Shown here: positions 13,970 to 26,313 of the stretch, piece after piece
Numbering within the stretch: position 1 is the first letter of the stretch
How the letters are laid out: every line of letters begins with the position of its first letter
Assembly: GCF_963921235.1 (NCBI RefSeq)
Contig: NC_086106.1
Coordinates: 95,666,001-95,730,000 of the forward strand
Direction of reading: 5' to 3'
Length of the DNA stretch: 64,000 bases
Source: Mobula hypostoma
Taxonomy: Eukaryota
Notes under the pieces: model-generated
The model's database searches: none
What the model was told of the DNA's origin: nothing
The model's input: the letters and a program-made list of their open reading frames with translations, nothing else
Made by a program: the position numbers and the translations under genes

Positions 13970-14540
13970 CAGGACTAGCTGCACCTCCCGTCAAGCTGTT
14001 CCAGAACAGTAAGAATGCCGGCTCTGATCCGACAATGGAAAATTGCCCAGGTATGTCACACCCACAGAAGACAAATCCAGTTCTGGCTAATTACTGCTCA
14101 CTGAGCCTGTTCTTGGTTATCAGCAATATATTGGATGATCTTGTTGTCATTTATTCCCTCACTAATAACTTGCTCACAATTGCTCAGTTTTGGTTTGTCA
14201 GGACCTCATGGCTGTGGACCTCAACTGCTATGGTCCAAGGACCGAGGCAACTTCTTCTAAGTATGTCATAAAAAAACACCTTAGTGAGCTAATGGGGGAA
14301 GCACTCCACTGGTTTGAGTTGTAATATATACATAGGAAGATTTTGGAAATTGTAATCAGTTGTGGGAGTCCCAAGACCTCACCTTGGGTGTTTCTCTGTA
14401 TAGTGTCCTTGGCTCAGCAATCATTAGCTGATTCTTTCATGATCTTCCGTCTATATTCTAGCCAGAAGTGGGATTATTTGCTAATGATTGAAAAATGTTT
14501 TATTTCATTTGCATTTCCAGACATTGAAACATTTAATGCT
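13970..14540 (+). mobile_element. Old non-LTR retrotransposon RT remnant
   Basis: KTNPVLANYCSLSLFLVISNILD...NNLLTIAQF resembles the RT-proximal NYRPISL motif. Confidence 0.55.
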
Positions 14541-15075
14541 TGTGTGTAATATGGCCACAAAATTCATTAATTCACTTTTCATTTTTTGTGTGTCACTGGT
14601 AGGCAGGTATTTGTTGCCCATTCCTAACTGGGTTTAAGGTGGTAAAGAACAGCCTTCCTCAATAGCTGCAGACTTTCTGGTGAACATGCTTGCCAAGTAT
14701 TGTTGGAAGCTGGTTCAGGATCTTGAATGAGATAAATATATTTCCAAGTTGTGATGGTGCACAACTTGGAAGAAAATTTTCAGGTGATTTTCATGCATCA
14801 CTAATCTTTGTCTTCCTTGTCTGTAGAGGATGCAGGTTTTGATGTACCTGTTGGAGTTATCCGGGCGGGTCATTAGAGTCTATTGTTTTTGTCCGTTAGA
14901 AATTGCAATTGCTGTGCAGTGCTGCTGATGGATTTGATTATTCAGGGTCACAAATGGAGGGCAAAGCACATAGGCTTTGTCATAAATGAAAAGCTGCTTG
15001 TGTTCTGATTACTTGATTGAGAGGACTTTATTGAAGAAGCAACAAAGCCTGGTTGGGCCTTGGATTGTACCCTAA

Positions 15076-15789
15076 AGGCTGATCTATACTCGTGCGTTAG
15101 ATGTACGGCGTAGGTACAGCATAGCTGCGAAACCTACGCAGTATCTACGCTGAATTTTATGCCGTAGCCAAATGTGCTCCTCTCCCAAATTGTAACTACG
15201 CGTCGTGGTGATGCAGACCGAAACAACTGTGATTGGTCCGCTTGGTAGCATCGCATTTCCTCCTACGCTGCAATAGCTTGCCATTGGGCGACTGAAGGGC
15301 AGGGAAGGAACTCTGGCTGCAATGCTTTCCATAAAGCTTTACAGACCTCCGAAATTATGGAGGACCCTGTGCTTGACGCTAGTTTGTAGCTAGCTGCTAC
15401 AGCCTGTTGACTTCCACCTGAAGCTAAAACTTGAATGGTGATTGCCAGTCTCTGAGTATACTGTGCGTACGCTGGTGCGAAAGGAATGGTTGGAGACGAT
15501 GAACCAAATCGTCAAATCTACCTGCCGACATCCGAAAATATTTGAAATGCATTTCCTCGTCCATGTTTCTCAGTAGCCGGACAAGCACAGAAAATTCACC
15601 CTCCTTCAGTTTCAGTCGCCATTGTTTGAAGTGAACACAGTGGCACAGAAACCCCACCACCAACTAGTGTTTTGGCGGTGAATTGCAGAGCGACGCACAC
15701 ACCAACACACAAGTATGAATGCTCACAACGGCGTAGCCCACTTGTGTAGGCTGCGGCGTAAGCTAGTATGCACAAGTATAAATCAGCCT
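15076..15789 (-). mobile_element. Non-autonomous PIF/Harbinger transposon with a transposase remnant
   Basis: 22-bp imperfect TIRs aggctgatctatactcgtgcgt / atgcacaagtataaatcagcct; TAA TSD on both sides; minus-strand peptide [19 protein letters not shown] matches the Harbinger transposase N-terminal FRMS motif. Confidence 0.85.
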
Positions 15790-16249
15790 TAATGAATTTG
15801 CACAGTGGGGCTAGCATGGTTGATGTCCAATAAATGACAGCTATTTTCTTTTGTGTCAGCTCTGGTTCCATTCACCAGAGTCCTTTTGCATTGCAAATTG
15901 ACAGTTTTACCAATGGATTCAAATGCTACCTAATTTATGATGTTCTTTCCATCTCTGGAGTTGGTTTCTTTGGTCTGCATTTGAATCATTGAATAATGTA
16001 TGAAGCTAAATGCTGCTACCTGGCACTCAAACTGGGCGTCAGTGAGCAGGTAATTGGTGTGCTGGTGCCACATTCACTCTGCTGCTGATTGGGTTGTTGC
16101 TGACCAGATAGGATTAGTTCTACTTATTCTGGATAGGACATACCAAGATAATTTTGCAAGTGCCCCTTGCCTCTGCTGCTCTTTGACCAGGCATTCACCT
16201 GGCTTCAAGACTAGGACAGTGGCTTGGTATTCAGAGTTGAATAACTTGC

Positions 16250-16600
16250 TGACAGCACAAAACCTTTCTTCAATCTACAGAGGAAAACTGGGGAATATGC
16301 TGCAGTGTTCTTTACTTCCACTTATTAGGAGTTTGAAGAGATCTGGTGTGTCACCAAAGACTTGTAAATTTCCATAAATGTATGGTGAAGACCATTTTAA
16401 CTGGTTGCACCATATCGTGGCATGGAGCCTCCAACACACAGGTTTGCAAGAGGCTGTTGTAGACATTGCCAACTTCATAAAGGTACAGCCTCCCTACAAC
16501 TGAGTACATCTAGAAGAGATGCATCAAGAAGGCAGCATCTGTCATTAAAGATGCTCACAATCTGGGACATGCCCTCTTGGCACTACTACCTTGATGTGTA
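16250..16600 (+). mobile_element. Rex1-like LINE 3' fragment
   Basis: Resembles 1600-1900 (RSLKRSGVSPKT, ILTGCT). Confidence 0.55.
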
Positions 16601-16739
16601 CAACTTCAGCAACTCAAGCTCAACACTACTTGAGGAAAAAGTTGATAGCTGCCTAATTGCTTTACTGTGTGTCACCTACAGTTACACACTTGGGCTACTA
16701 AGACAGCATCCTGTAAATCTGCATCTTCTGTCCCTAAAA

Positions 16740-17295
16740 AGATAGGAGTAGTACAGGCCCTTTGGCCCCTGATGTTGTGTCGATCTTTTAACCTGCTCTT
16801 AAGATCAGTCTAACCCTTCCCCTCCCATGTAGCCCTCTCTCTATTCTTTCATTTATGTACCTATCCAAGTCTCTTTCATCTCCCTAATGTATCTGCCTCT
16901 ACTATTACCCTTGGTAGTGCGTTCCCTGTATTTACTACACTATTTTTTTAAAAAAAACATCAATGACATCCCCTTCTGTACTTACCTCCAATCACCTTAA
17001 AATTGTGTCGTCTGATATTGACCATTAACACTTAGGTTAAAAAAAATCTGGCTGATCAGTCAGTCTATGCCACTTATCAAGTTATACATCTCTGGGAAGT
17101 TCCTTTCATCCTCTTTCAATCCAAAGAGAAAAGTCTAGATTGCTCAACCTTTTCTCATAAGACACACTCTAATGCAGCCAGCATCCTGGTAAATCTTCAC
17201 TGCACCCTTTTTTCAGCTTCCATGTCCTTTCTATAATGTTGGGACTAGAATTGAACACAATACTCCCAGGTCTGGTCTAGCGAGAGTTTTGTAGA
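16740..17295 (-). mobile_element. CR1 LINE 3' fragment
   Basis: Similar to the CR1 3' ends at 58315-58870 and 59865-60430. Confidence 0.7.
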
Positions 17296-17433
17296 GCCAC
17301 CCCCACCCCAGTCATATTTTCAGTAGAGGGACTGTGGCAATTCAAGGAATCTTGCCACCAGCTCAAAATAGTTAATGGACAGGAAGCATTGATATTCTCC
17401 GTAATGACCAAGTTTTATAAAATAAATTGTGTA

Positions 17434-18770
17434 TGGTTGCAAGAAAAAGTTTGTGAGCCCTTTGCAGTTACCTGTTTTTTTGCATTAATTACTCAAAATG
17501 TGTTCTTGTCTTCATTTAAGTCACAATAATAGACAAACACCATCTTAACGAAACTAATAACACACAATTTTTGTATTTGTCAATACTGAGTACACAATTT
17601 AAACAGTAGCAGTCTGGGTTCAAAAAAAAGTATGTGAACCTCTGGGGTAATGCCTTCTACAAAGGTTATGTGGAGTCAGGTGTTTCAGTCAATGAGATGT
17701 GGGTTGTGGAGGTGCCTTGCTGTACATTTTAAAAAAAAAGATACACAAAGCCAGGTTATCTTCTCAAGAAAGATCAATTTATATGCACCATGCCTTAATC
17801 AAAACAACTTTTAGAGGACCTTAAGAAGAAGAATTGTAGAGATTCAGGAAGATAGAAAAGGCTACATCAAAAGACCTGCAGAAATCTCTGGAGCTTGATA
17901 AGTCTCTGTTCATGGGTCCACTCGAAGAAAAGAAAACAATAAGAATGTTGTTCATGGAAGGACACCATGGAGGAAACCACTGCTCTCCAAACAAAACATT
18001 GCTGCACACTTCAAGTTTGCAAAAGATCACCTGGATGTTTCTTGGACGATGTTCCGTGGACGGATAAGACAAAGGTTGAACTTACTGGCAGAAATGCATG
18101 TTGCTATATTTGGAGGAAGAAGGGCACCACACCAACACCAAAACTTCATCCCAACTGTGAAACATGGTGGAAGGAGCATCGTGGTTAGTGGTTGCAGCTT
18201 GCAATCATTGAGGGAACAATGCATTCAAAATTGTATCAAGACACTTCACAAGAGTGAAGAGCAGGGTAGCGGTCCATCACCTGAAGATTAATAGATGTTG
18301 GATGGTACAAGACAGTGATCCAAAACATAAGTTAAATTAACAACAGAATGATTTAAAAAGAAAATTTGTGTTTTGAAATGGCCAAGTCAGCGGCCAGACT
18401 TTAACCCAATTGAGGATGCTGTGGCGTGATCTGAAGAGGGCTGCTCATGCGAGGTATCCCAGAAATATTGAAGAACGGAATCAGTTTTGTATGGAGGAAT
18501 GGTCTGATCAGCAGCTACAGGAAATGTTAGGTGGAGGTTATCTCTGCTAAAGGAGGTTCCACCAGTTATTAAAGGGTTCACATACTTTTTTCAGCTTGAA
18601 GTGTTAATGAAAAAACAATGTGTTCAATAAAGACATGAAAAAGTATAATTGTTTGTGTGTTATTGGTTTATGCAGATTGTGTTTGTCTATTACTGCGATC
18701 AGACCACATTTTATGAGTAACGCAGAAAGCCAGGTAATTGCAAAGGGTTCAAAACTTTTTCTTGCAGCTG
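17434..18770 (+). mobile_element. Tc1-family transposon, internally deleted
   Basis: TIRs ttgcaagaaaaagtttgtgagccctttgca / tgcaaagggttcaaaactttttcttgca; WTDKTKVEL, FIPTVKHGGRSIVV, KWPSQRPD. Confidence 0.88.
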
Positions 18771-19724
18771 GAGCCCCTACATCCATACTTCGATTCCCTG
18801 CATTTGCTACAACCATTGCTGTACGTGATAAGCATGTTTATTAATGTGACTGTATGGTAAAAATATATTTCCTTAAAATAAATGCATGAATTAAAACTAG
18901 GGTTTTTATTATTTTTTAATATCCCCCCCCCCCCCCCCGGCATCCTGAAAGCTATGTTTAGGTTTGACCTTGATCGCTGAGAAGTCTGTAGACGTAAAGT
19001 GTTCTCTTCAGTTCTGTTTTGTGTAGATTTTTTTTAAGGTTAAATATTGCCCTTTTGGAAGGTTCCAACTGTGGTGTTTCTCATGAATGACTTAAAATTG
19101 TTAAATTGTGCAGTGAAATCATATTTTATTAAACTGTAATATGTTGCATTCTGTGCTCTGAATTTCAGTTATAGTTGTTGCTCATGTTTTTTTGTTTGTT
19201 TTCCTATGTACTGAGCTAATATTGAATGGTTTGAGCTTCTGTATCTTGTCAGATGTTATGCTATTGAATAAGATGGAAAATTTTATTTATGTTTGGAATT
19301 GTAATTTTTGTTCCATGAATACTCTGCTGATGAGCGTAGATAATATTTGAAATGAGCTTTTATTGGTTTTTAGAAGTAAAGAATAATGTATATTGCATTA
19401 TTACCTACACTGAACCTAATAGCTACACTGCTGCATTCCCAAAATTTGTCCAGTGTGTAGTTTGGTAGTAAGCTCAGAAATAATCTGGCAATTTTAGCAA
19501 CATTCTTTCCAGCTTTCCTTCCATTTTTGAGTCACAATAATATTGTGAGATATGAAGGTCAAAATATGTTTACCTCTGCACTTTACCTTTTGAATTTTAG
19601 TGGCTTATTCCATTTCCCAATTTGTAGAATTTATTCAAATACATTAATAATTTGTTCAATATTCATTTAAAAGATAATATTTAAATCTGTTTGTAATTTT
19701 GTTTTCTGTATCTGTTTATTTCAG

Positions 19725-19763
19725 TGGGACTAACTGCAGCTGATTACTCAAACTTGAAAGCAG
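19725..19763 (+). CDS. Candidate in-frame 39-nt cassette exon (VGLTAADYSNLKA)
   Basis: Long U-rich tract ending ttatttcag, donor cag|gtatgg; symmetric phase 1; only the required frame is open. Confidence 0.55.
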
Positions 19764-20065
19764 GTATGGAGTTTTAAACTTATCATAAGTTACACCACTT
19801 ATTTTTAAATGAATGGATCCCAAATCACAGTTTTTGCACGTAGGTAATTGATACAAGGGAACTGTGCAATGTGAATGGTGGTGTAGATGACTGTCTGGTT
19901 TTGTTTCGAACAAAATAAATTTTACTGTTAAAGAGTTGGAACTTGCCATTAGTGATCAGAATTTATACTGCAGTGATCTGCATTTTCAGGCATTTGCTTG
20001 ACCAGTTGAATGCCAAATGTGATTTTTTTCAATCAGTGGTTTTACTGAAATACTGTACTTATCAG

Positions 20066-20193
20066 CCTCTGCAAGCCAAGTTCCTCAGCCACTTATGGGA
20101 ATGAACAGGCCCACTGTGAATACTAATGCACCACCACCTCAAGGTCCACCTGGAAGCCTGGGAAATCAAATGCCAGAAAGCAACATTGGATTG
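20066..20193 (+). CDS. nono: DBHS/NONO penultimate exon: (A)SASQVPQPLMGMNRPTVNTNAPPPQGPPGSLGNQMPESNIGL
   Basis: tacttatcag acceptor, ttg|gtaatg donor, 128 nt, phase 1 to phase 0; Pro/Gly/Met-rich; ends MPESNIGL, compare NONO MPDGTLGL. Confidence 0.85.
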
Positions 20194-20549
20194 GTAATGT
20201 ATTAAACCTATCACAAAATAAATTTAGTATGTATAAAAAGTAGAGCTGTGAACATAAGAAAAGTAAGTGAATTTGAAATTTTAGGAACGTTCTTAATCTT
20301 TCATAAGTTACATTGGAGGTTGGTTGAGATTCAAACTGTTCACACTTGAGTTTGGTAGTGTGGATTTGGTGAATTTCTAACAGTATTAGCAAGACACAGA
20401 GCACTTTGTTCGTATACCCTTGCTAAAAGGAATACTCTTAATTTCGCTTGACCCATGTTTAATGTCACCCGTACCTTTTCCTGTTTTAGGAAAGAATTTC
20501 TTTTGCTTTTCTAGAAAGTTAACCATGCCCTTAATGTAATGTTTTAAAG

Positions 20550-20853
20550 CAGTGGTCCCCAACCTCTGGGCCACAGACCGATACATTGCTGTGAAGAATG
20601 CAGTGGTGCAGCAGTTGTCGGAACACACCCAGCACATCTTTAAGAAAAAGCCGAAATAAGCAAGTCAACTAATTAGGTGCTGCCCGCCACGTAAATGTCG
20701 GCTCAGATCAGAGGCGATTCGCTTGTTAATTAATTAGCTTGTTTATTTCGGCTTTTTTCTTAAAGATGTGCTGAGTGCGTTTCGACTACCGCTGCACCAC
20801 TGCATTCTTCGCGGCAATGTATCGGTCCGCAGCTCGGCGGTTGGGGATCACTG
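20550..20853. mobile_element. hAT (Charlie-like) MITE, almost entirely palindromic
   Basis: Termini cagtggtccccaacc / ggttggggatcactg; 8-bp TSD ttttaaag; inverted arms of about 120 bp. Confidence 0.9.
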
Positions 20854-21477
20854 TTTTAAAGTATTCCTGTAATCGATTGTTGCATGCTTTAAAAAGAAAA
20901 TTATCTGTCTTTGATGTCCCATAGTTTTGCAATATTTCAAAACTATATGCTATTTTTGATTAACTTGATTTGTATAAATTTTCAAATGTCTTATTTTTAC
21001 GTATTACATAGTGACAAATATTCTGGGTTAGGGAAGTGCAGTTATGCAAGAGAAATGGAATTGTAAGAGGTTAAATGTGGTCTAGCTTCTAAGATGCCAG
21101 GGTTTTCCAAATTCAAAGTTTTCACAGGAAACTTTCAGAATCTGAGCTTCATTGTGCAAGGTTTGCATTGAAATGGGTTTTCAACTGATAGGTTATAGTA
21201 ATAAATGTATTGAATGCTGAGAATGATTTTCTTTAAGTGAATTTAATAAAGAATCGTTTCAAGGTAGTGTCAGGAAATACAGCTTCTGCCTTTCTGGTTA
21301 TTTTCTGAAGGGCAAGCTACCATTGAGGAATGCAAGTTCTTTCTAAGGCCTATTTCAATGTTTGTTCAGTAGCAGCTTTTTGTTCCGTTTTAATATTCAG
21401 TAACATTTATGATTGGATAATCAGGCTCCTAACACTTCTCAATTTGCCTCTTTACCTCCATTTGCTTTCTGGAGTAG

Positions 21478-21525
21478 GTCAGGATGAATTATGACGGGTT
21501 CCCTACTGGACCAACGTCTGCATAA
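21478..21525 (+). CDS. Candidate alternative last exon, coding part VRMNYDGFPTGPTSA*
   Basis: Branch-like cctaac, 35-nt pyrimidine tract, GAGTAG acceptor; AATAAA at 21687-21692. Confidence 0.4.
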   Translation, partial: VRMNYDGFPTGPTSA

Positions 21526-24500
21526 CTTTAACACAAGGTTCAGTAAAAGAATGAACTGGGTTTATGTACAGTGCTTGAATGGATAGAATAGTAGAAGAAA
21601 AACTAAAGGGGATAGTTTGAGTGCAGACTTCTGGAAATGCTGATGAGAAGAGGCTTAGTTTAAATGAGTGAAAGTCTATTTCTCAGAATAAAATTCTTCC
21701 TGGAACCATTCTTAAATTGAGTTTTGTGTAGATTTAACTGTTTAAGGCTCCATAGTTACATTGAGAGCAAGTAATATTTAATGTAATCTTTAACATGGAA
21801 ACTGTCACAATAATATTACCTACTATTGCTTGGTTTGTAATTGTCACATTGCTCAATGCAGTTAAAACATTTTCTATGTGCACTCTGTCAACTCTTTTAT
21901 TTTCCTGTATCCATTTTTGTAAAGCTGGCTTTTTAAAATTTGTAGGTTAAACTTAAATAGCCCCCACCAGTGTAGTTACATCATTGGAAGGAGAATGTAA
22001 TTATATTTGTGCTCAGCTGCTTTAGGTATTTTCCATTTTGAATGTGTAAATAGGAATTTATAACGGGAACAGTTATGGGCAGAATATATGAATCTTAAAA
22101 GTGGGGTTGAGCTACCATGAATAACTAATCCCATTTTCACCTGTATTGCACTTGGTTTGTACTCGGCAGTGCTACAGCAGGCTTTCTGTATGATAGATAA
22201 ATAATTGGCAAGCCGATACTAAGCCTCTTAGGTTCTGAAAACATTACTACGTATATTCTGAAATGGAGGATGTGCCGACTATTTACTTATGTACATAGTG
22301 ATTAAAGACAAAGATTCTGTACTGAAATAAAAGGCACTGATGGAACATGAATACTTGTATCACTTTTGATGATGCTGTTATCATACACAACATTTACGTC
22401 ATATGACCCCAACGGTCAGATTTTTTTAAAGAAACTCCACCCTATCTGCCTTGTCACAAAATCACGCAATCTGTAGTTGATACAGAAATTATTAGGCATC
22501 TTTGAGTCCATTTCTACAGTATTAAGGTTATCTTTTGACTTCTGTAATTTATTGGTAGCTTATTGTCAGTTGGAAAGAGTTGTCGTTTTGCTTCCACGAG
22601 CTGTTTACTTAAACAGGATTTTTCAAAGCTGACTACAATGTATGTTTTAAATCAATAATAGGTATAATTGCACTTTGCACAGTAGCTATTTTTTTGGAAA
22701 TGATTTTTCTGTTTTTGAATAGAAACTTTCCTGAACCTATTATCGTATTAGGAGTGCTATTCATAATGAATATATTGGCTCTGGTAAATAATTAAACATT
22801 TATGAAAGAATTTTAAAGTAGAATTATTTGGTATCTTTTGAAATGGATTAATTGGTACAAATTATTATTTTAGGGTAATCATATTTTTCAGGTGAAATGT
22901 CACTATGCAATTAGTTGAGACATCTAGTCATCCTTAAATTGTGACCGAGACAAATTAATGGATTTACAAACTTTGGCATATATGGTGTGGGTGGATGGTT
23001 TGTTTTTAAGTATTATTCAGAGGGTATTCAGTACTATGAAACAACATTTCTGCAAATATTTTGTAAAATACTTTTGAAAATAACTTTGTTTATATGAAAA
23101 AAGATACTTCAGTGAATGAGCTACTGTAATGACACTTTGATACACAGATTCCTCTTGTAGTTACCGGATCAATCCATGTACCAGCAGTGGTTTTTACTAG
23201 TAGGGTTTCTTGTACTTGAGTTTCTGATTTGTATCACCACAAGTTGAATTCCATTAGTTTTTTTTTAGAAAGGTTCAGTTCTTGGGTGGATTATTGAAAT
23301 TCTCTCTGACCTTGTATCACCAGTATTAAAGACACGATTCTTCATATCTTATTACATTAGTATTTTGGATATGCAGTTATATTTTCTAGCAATTTTACAT
23401 ATAATGTCATTTCTCACTGGCAGCCACCATAATTATTCATTGAAATCCACAGCACAAAAATGGGCCAGTGACAACTTCAGAAAAATTTAACTTTATTTTG
23501 CCAAAGTTAAGTACTATTCTGTGTATTTAAAATAATCTTGAGAACCCATACCACTGAAATGATTATTTACCAATGCATTGACTATTATTTGTATTACTAT
23601 AGAGAAATTTTGTGGCAGTTCTGGCTTTGAATTTCTCAGCATTTTATTTCTGGCTAATGAAATACCTCAGAGGCTGCTCATTTATTCTATCTATCATGTG
23701 GTGATCCAGAAGGGCAGTGTATTCATTATGAAGGCATTCTTAATACAACAATTTAATGCTACTGAAGCTTGGTGCCACAGGTAATGATTAGTGCTTTTCT
23801 ATGGATGCATTATTAATGCTTCTGATAGCCATGATATGTCCGAGAGTTATTGATAGATAGCATTTTCAATCTTGTGCTGAACTAGGTAATGATATTTACA
23901 GATAATAACTTTAAAAATCAATACTTATTTCTAGCTTGCAAGGAGTTCAAGCAGTTGACAGAGATTTTTGAAATTTGAATCTGACTATAGGCTTGATAGG
24001 GGAATATTGAAGTTTCCTGGCTACTCTGGAAAATAAATAAACTGCGACTTAATTTGTCGACTCTCGTAATGAGATGGGATAGTAAACTAGAAAGATGAAA
24101 AATAACGATTCAACAGTTTGTATGTATTGAATGCCAGTGAACATTTTGCCAGCCAAATTTGTTGGCATGCCAAATACCAAATGGGATGGGTACATTAAGT
24201 GGGTTTCATTGCTGTCCCCTTGAAGTGATTCTGTTTGTTCCCCATTATTACTGATGAAATATCTTTCATCTACTTAATTCTTAACATAATGGTACAGTTG
24301 CACTATTATGGAAGACATTTGACATGATTTTGTTAATCTCTTTGCCATTTAATATTTCTGGTTCTGTAGTTACTGAGTTGATAGTTCCTTGGACATTCTT
24401 GTTGGTTTAAAGCATGAGTAGACTTGGGGAAAATGTCAGGAGAGTTGTATGGAGATGTTCTACTTGAACTTCAGACCAGGATTGATAACAAATGATTGAT

Positions 24501-26175
24501 ATTTTTCTGCTTGTTCATGTCATTTTTCTTTTGTTTCACTTATAATGGTAACTTACAAAGCTTGCATTTAGGAGTATCATTTTGTCCTGATGACTGACTG
24601 ACTCACACACAAACGTGCTTTCTCGTGTGCGCCCCGTCGTGCTCTCTCAAACACTTGCGCTCTCACAAACATGGAAGCATCATTCATAAAAATAACGATT
24701 TCAGTTGCCCTTTAACTGGTTGATTATGGGAACATTCTGAATTTCTTTTGACAGTAGACTTTTAAAATCTGATTTAAAAAAAAATAGGTTGCAACATGTG
24801 CTGCAATATACTTCTGAACAAAATCATTGTGAGATAATGTTTAAAAGGTGAAAAGAAGACAAACCATTGATACCACTGCTTACTTTTTTGGGCAGGGTTG
24901 TTAAAGTGAGCTGGCATCTCTGCCCACTCCCACCCAGTACCACTACTTCCCTCCGGAGTGACTGTGACGTCTGGGATTCAAGATTTTGTACTGTCATTGG
25001 TTTTATGTTTTTGCACATTTCTTGCTGACATGCCTTTCGCTGTTTGGATAATGAATTTGAAGGAAAGTTGTGACCTACTGCAGATATTGAATCTCATGGT
25101 GGTTTTAGTTCCCTTTTTTATGGATGTCCCTTTCTCTTTACCTGATTGTTCCCCATTCTCTCACTGTTTACTATAGTAGAGGCATTAAGAATAAGATTTT
25201 TAATTTTTAAGATAAATTCTCTTTTTTTGTTTTAATTGACACTAAAAATATCCCTTATTGCTATTGCAGTGAAGCTTTCAGACATAATAGATTTAGAAAA
25301 AGATGGGGCTCTAACTAAGAGCTAGGAGGTGAAATCATTGTTAAATAAAGAAAGTTTGGAATACCTCATATGACAGTTTTAATGGGAGGCATGGTAGATT
25401 TTCTCTTGGTGGAATTGGTAAATATCTTTAAACTAACTTGTACTGCTGCATTTCATATTTATTTGTTTCAATTTATCTTTAGGATAGTTACTTTGATAAT
25501 TTGCTTTGAGCGCCAGTTTAGTGTTTTGCTTTCACCAATTGTTCACTTCTGTTAAGATGCTAATACTGAATTTTGTCACAATAATCATGAGCCTTTCTTG
25601 GCTCGTTTTTTGAGAACTGAGGCTTTCCAGCCAAGCACAGGTCTTTTGAACATGCTTGTAAAGGGAGTGGTGACATGCTAATTAAGTGACCTGTTAACTA
25701 CACAAATCAGAAGTAGAATCTGAAGCTGATTAGTGTGTTGGCAACTATTTCAAATCAAAAATTGCTCAAGCTTTTATGTGGTCATTATCAGAATATTTTC
25801 GACGCATGTACCATTCTGTATAAAAGATAACGGTGACTATTTAGTGTTTGTGTGTTGGCCTACAATTGTTGATATGTTTGGAAGTGTAATCGGCTTGCTT
25901 ATTTTCCCTTTTCTATTTTGAACATCTGTATTTTGTCAGTTTAGTAAGTGCTGTGTACAGACAGCAAGTGAAAGGTTCTGAAATGTTTCCCGAAATTTGT
26001 TATTATCTTGTAAGTCTAATGCAATTACCCCTTTCCCTTTTTTTATCGGTACTTCTGGACCCTGCTGACTTGCATCGTTTCGTTGGGGGATTCTCAACCT
26101 GCCTAATGTTAAATCTACGTCGGACTTGCAATGAACGATAATGTCCAAACCTACGTATTTTATCTAAATAAATAG

Positions 26176-26313
26176 CCTAATGATCGATTTGTTCCTGGAA
26201 ATATGGATGGTCAAGCAAATAACATGGGTGGACCGATGGTTGGGAGCCCGGCTGGGTTTCCCCGTGGAAATCAAGTTGGAGAGTTTGGTGCAAATAAACG
26301 CCGTAGATACTAA
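26176..26313 (+). CDS. nono: DBHS/NONO terminal coding exon: PNDRFVPGNMDGQANNMGGPMVGSPAGFPRGNQVGEFGANKRRRY*
   Basis: In frame with the preceding exon; ends in the NONO/PSPC1 NLS NKRRRY followed by TAA. Confidence 0.93.
   Translation, partial: PNDRFVPGNMDGQANNMGGPMVGSPAGFPRGNQVGEFGANKRRRY

Noticed and set aside
18924-18938. Poly-C/G runs (also near 2455, 5771 and 44848) as G-quadruplex elements
   Set aside because: Simple homopolymers, mostly inside or next to repeats
21478-21486. VRM start resembling the SFPQ-F tail VRMIDVG
   Set aside because: Only three residues match; not evidence of homology
24590-24672. CpG-containing patch as a regulatory element
   Set aside because: Looks like a decayed (GACT)/(CA)/(CT) microsatellite
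26293-26298. AATAAA as a poly(A) signal
   Set aside because: It is coding sequence (Asn-Lys of the NLS)
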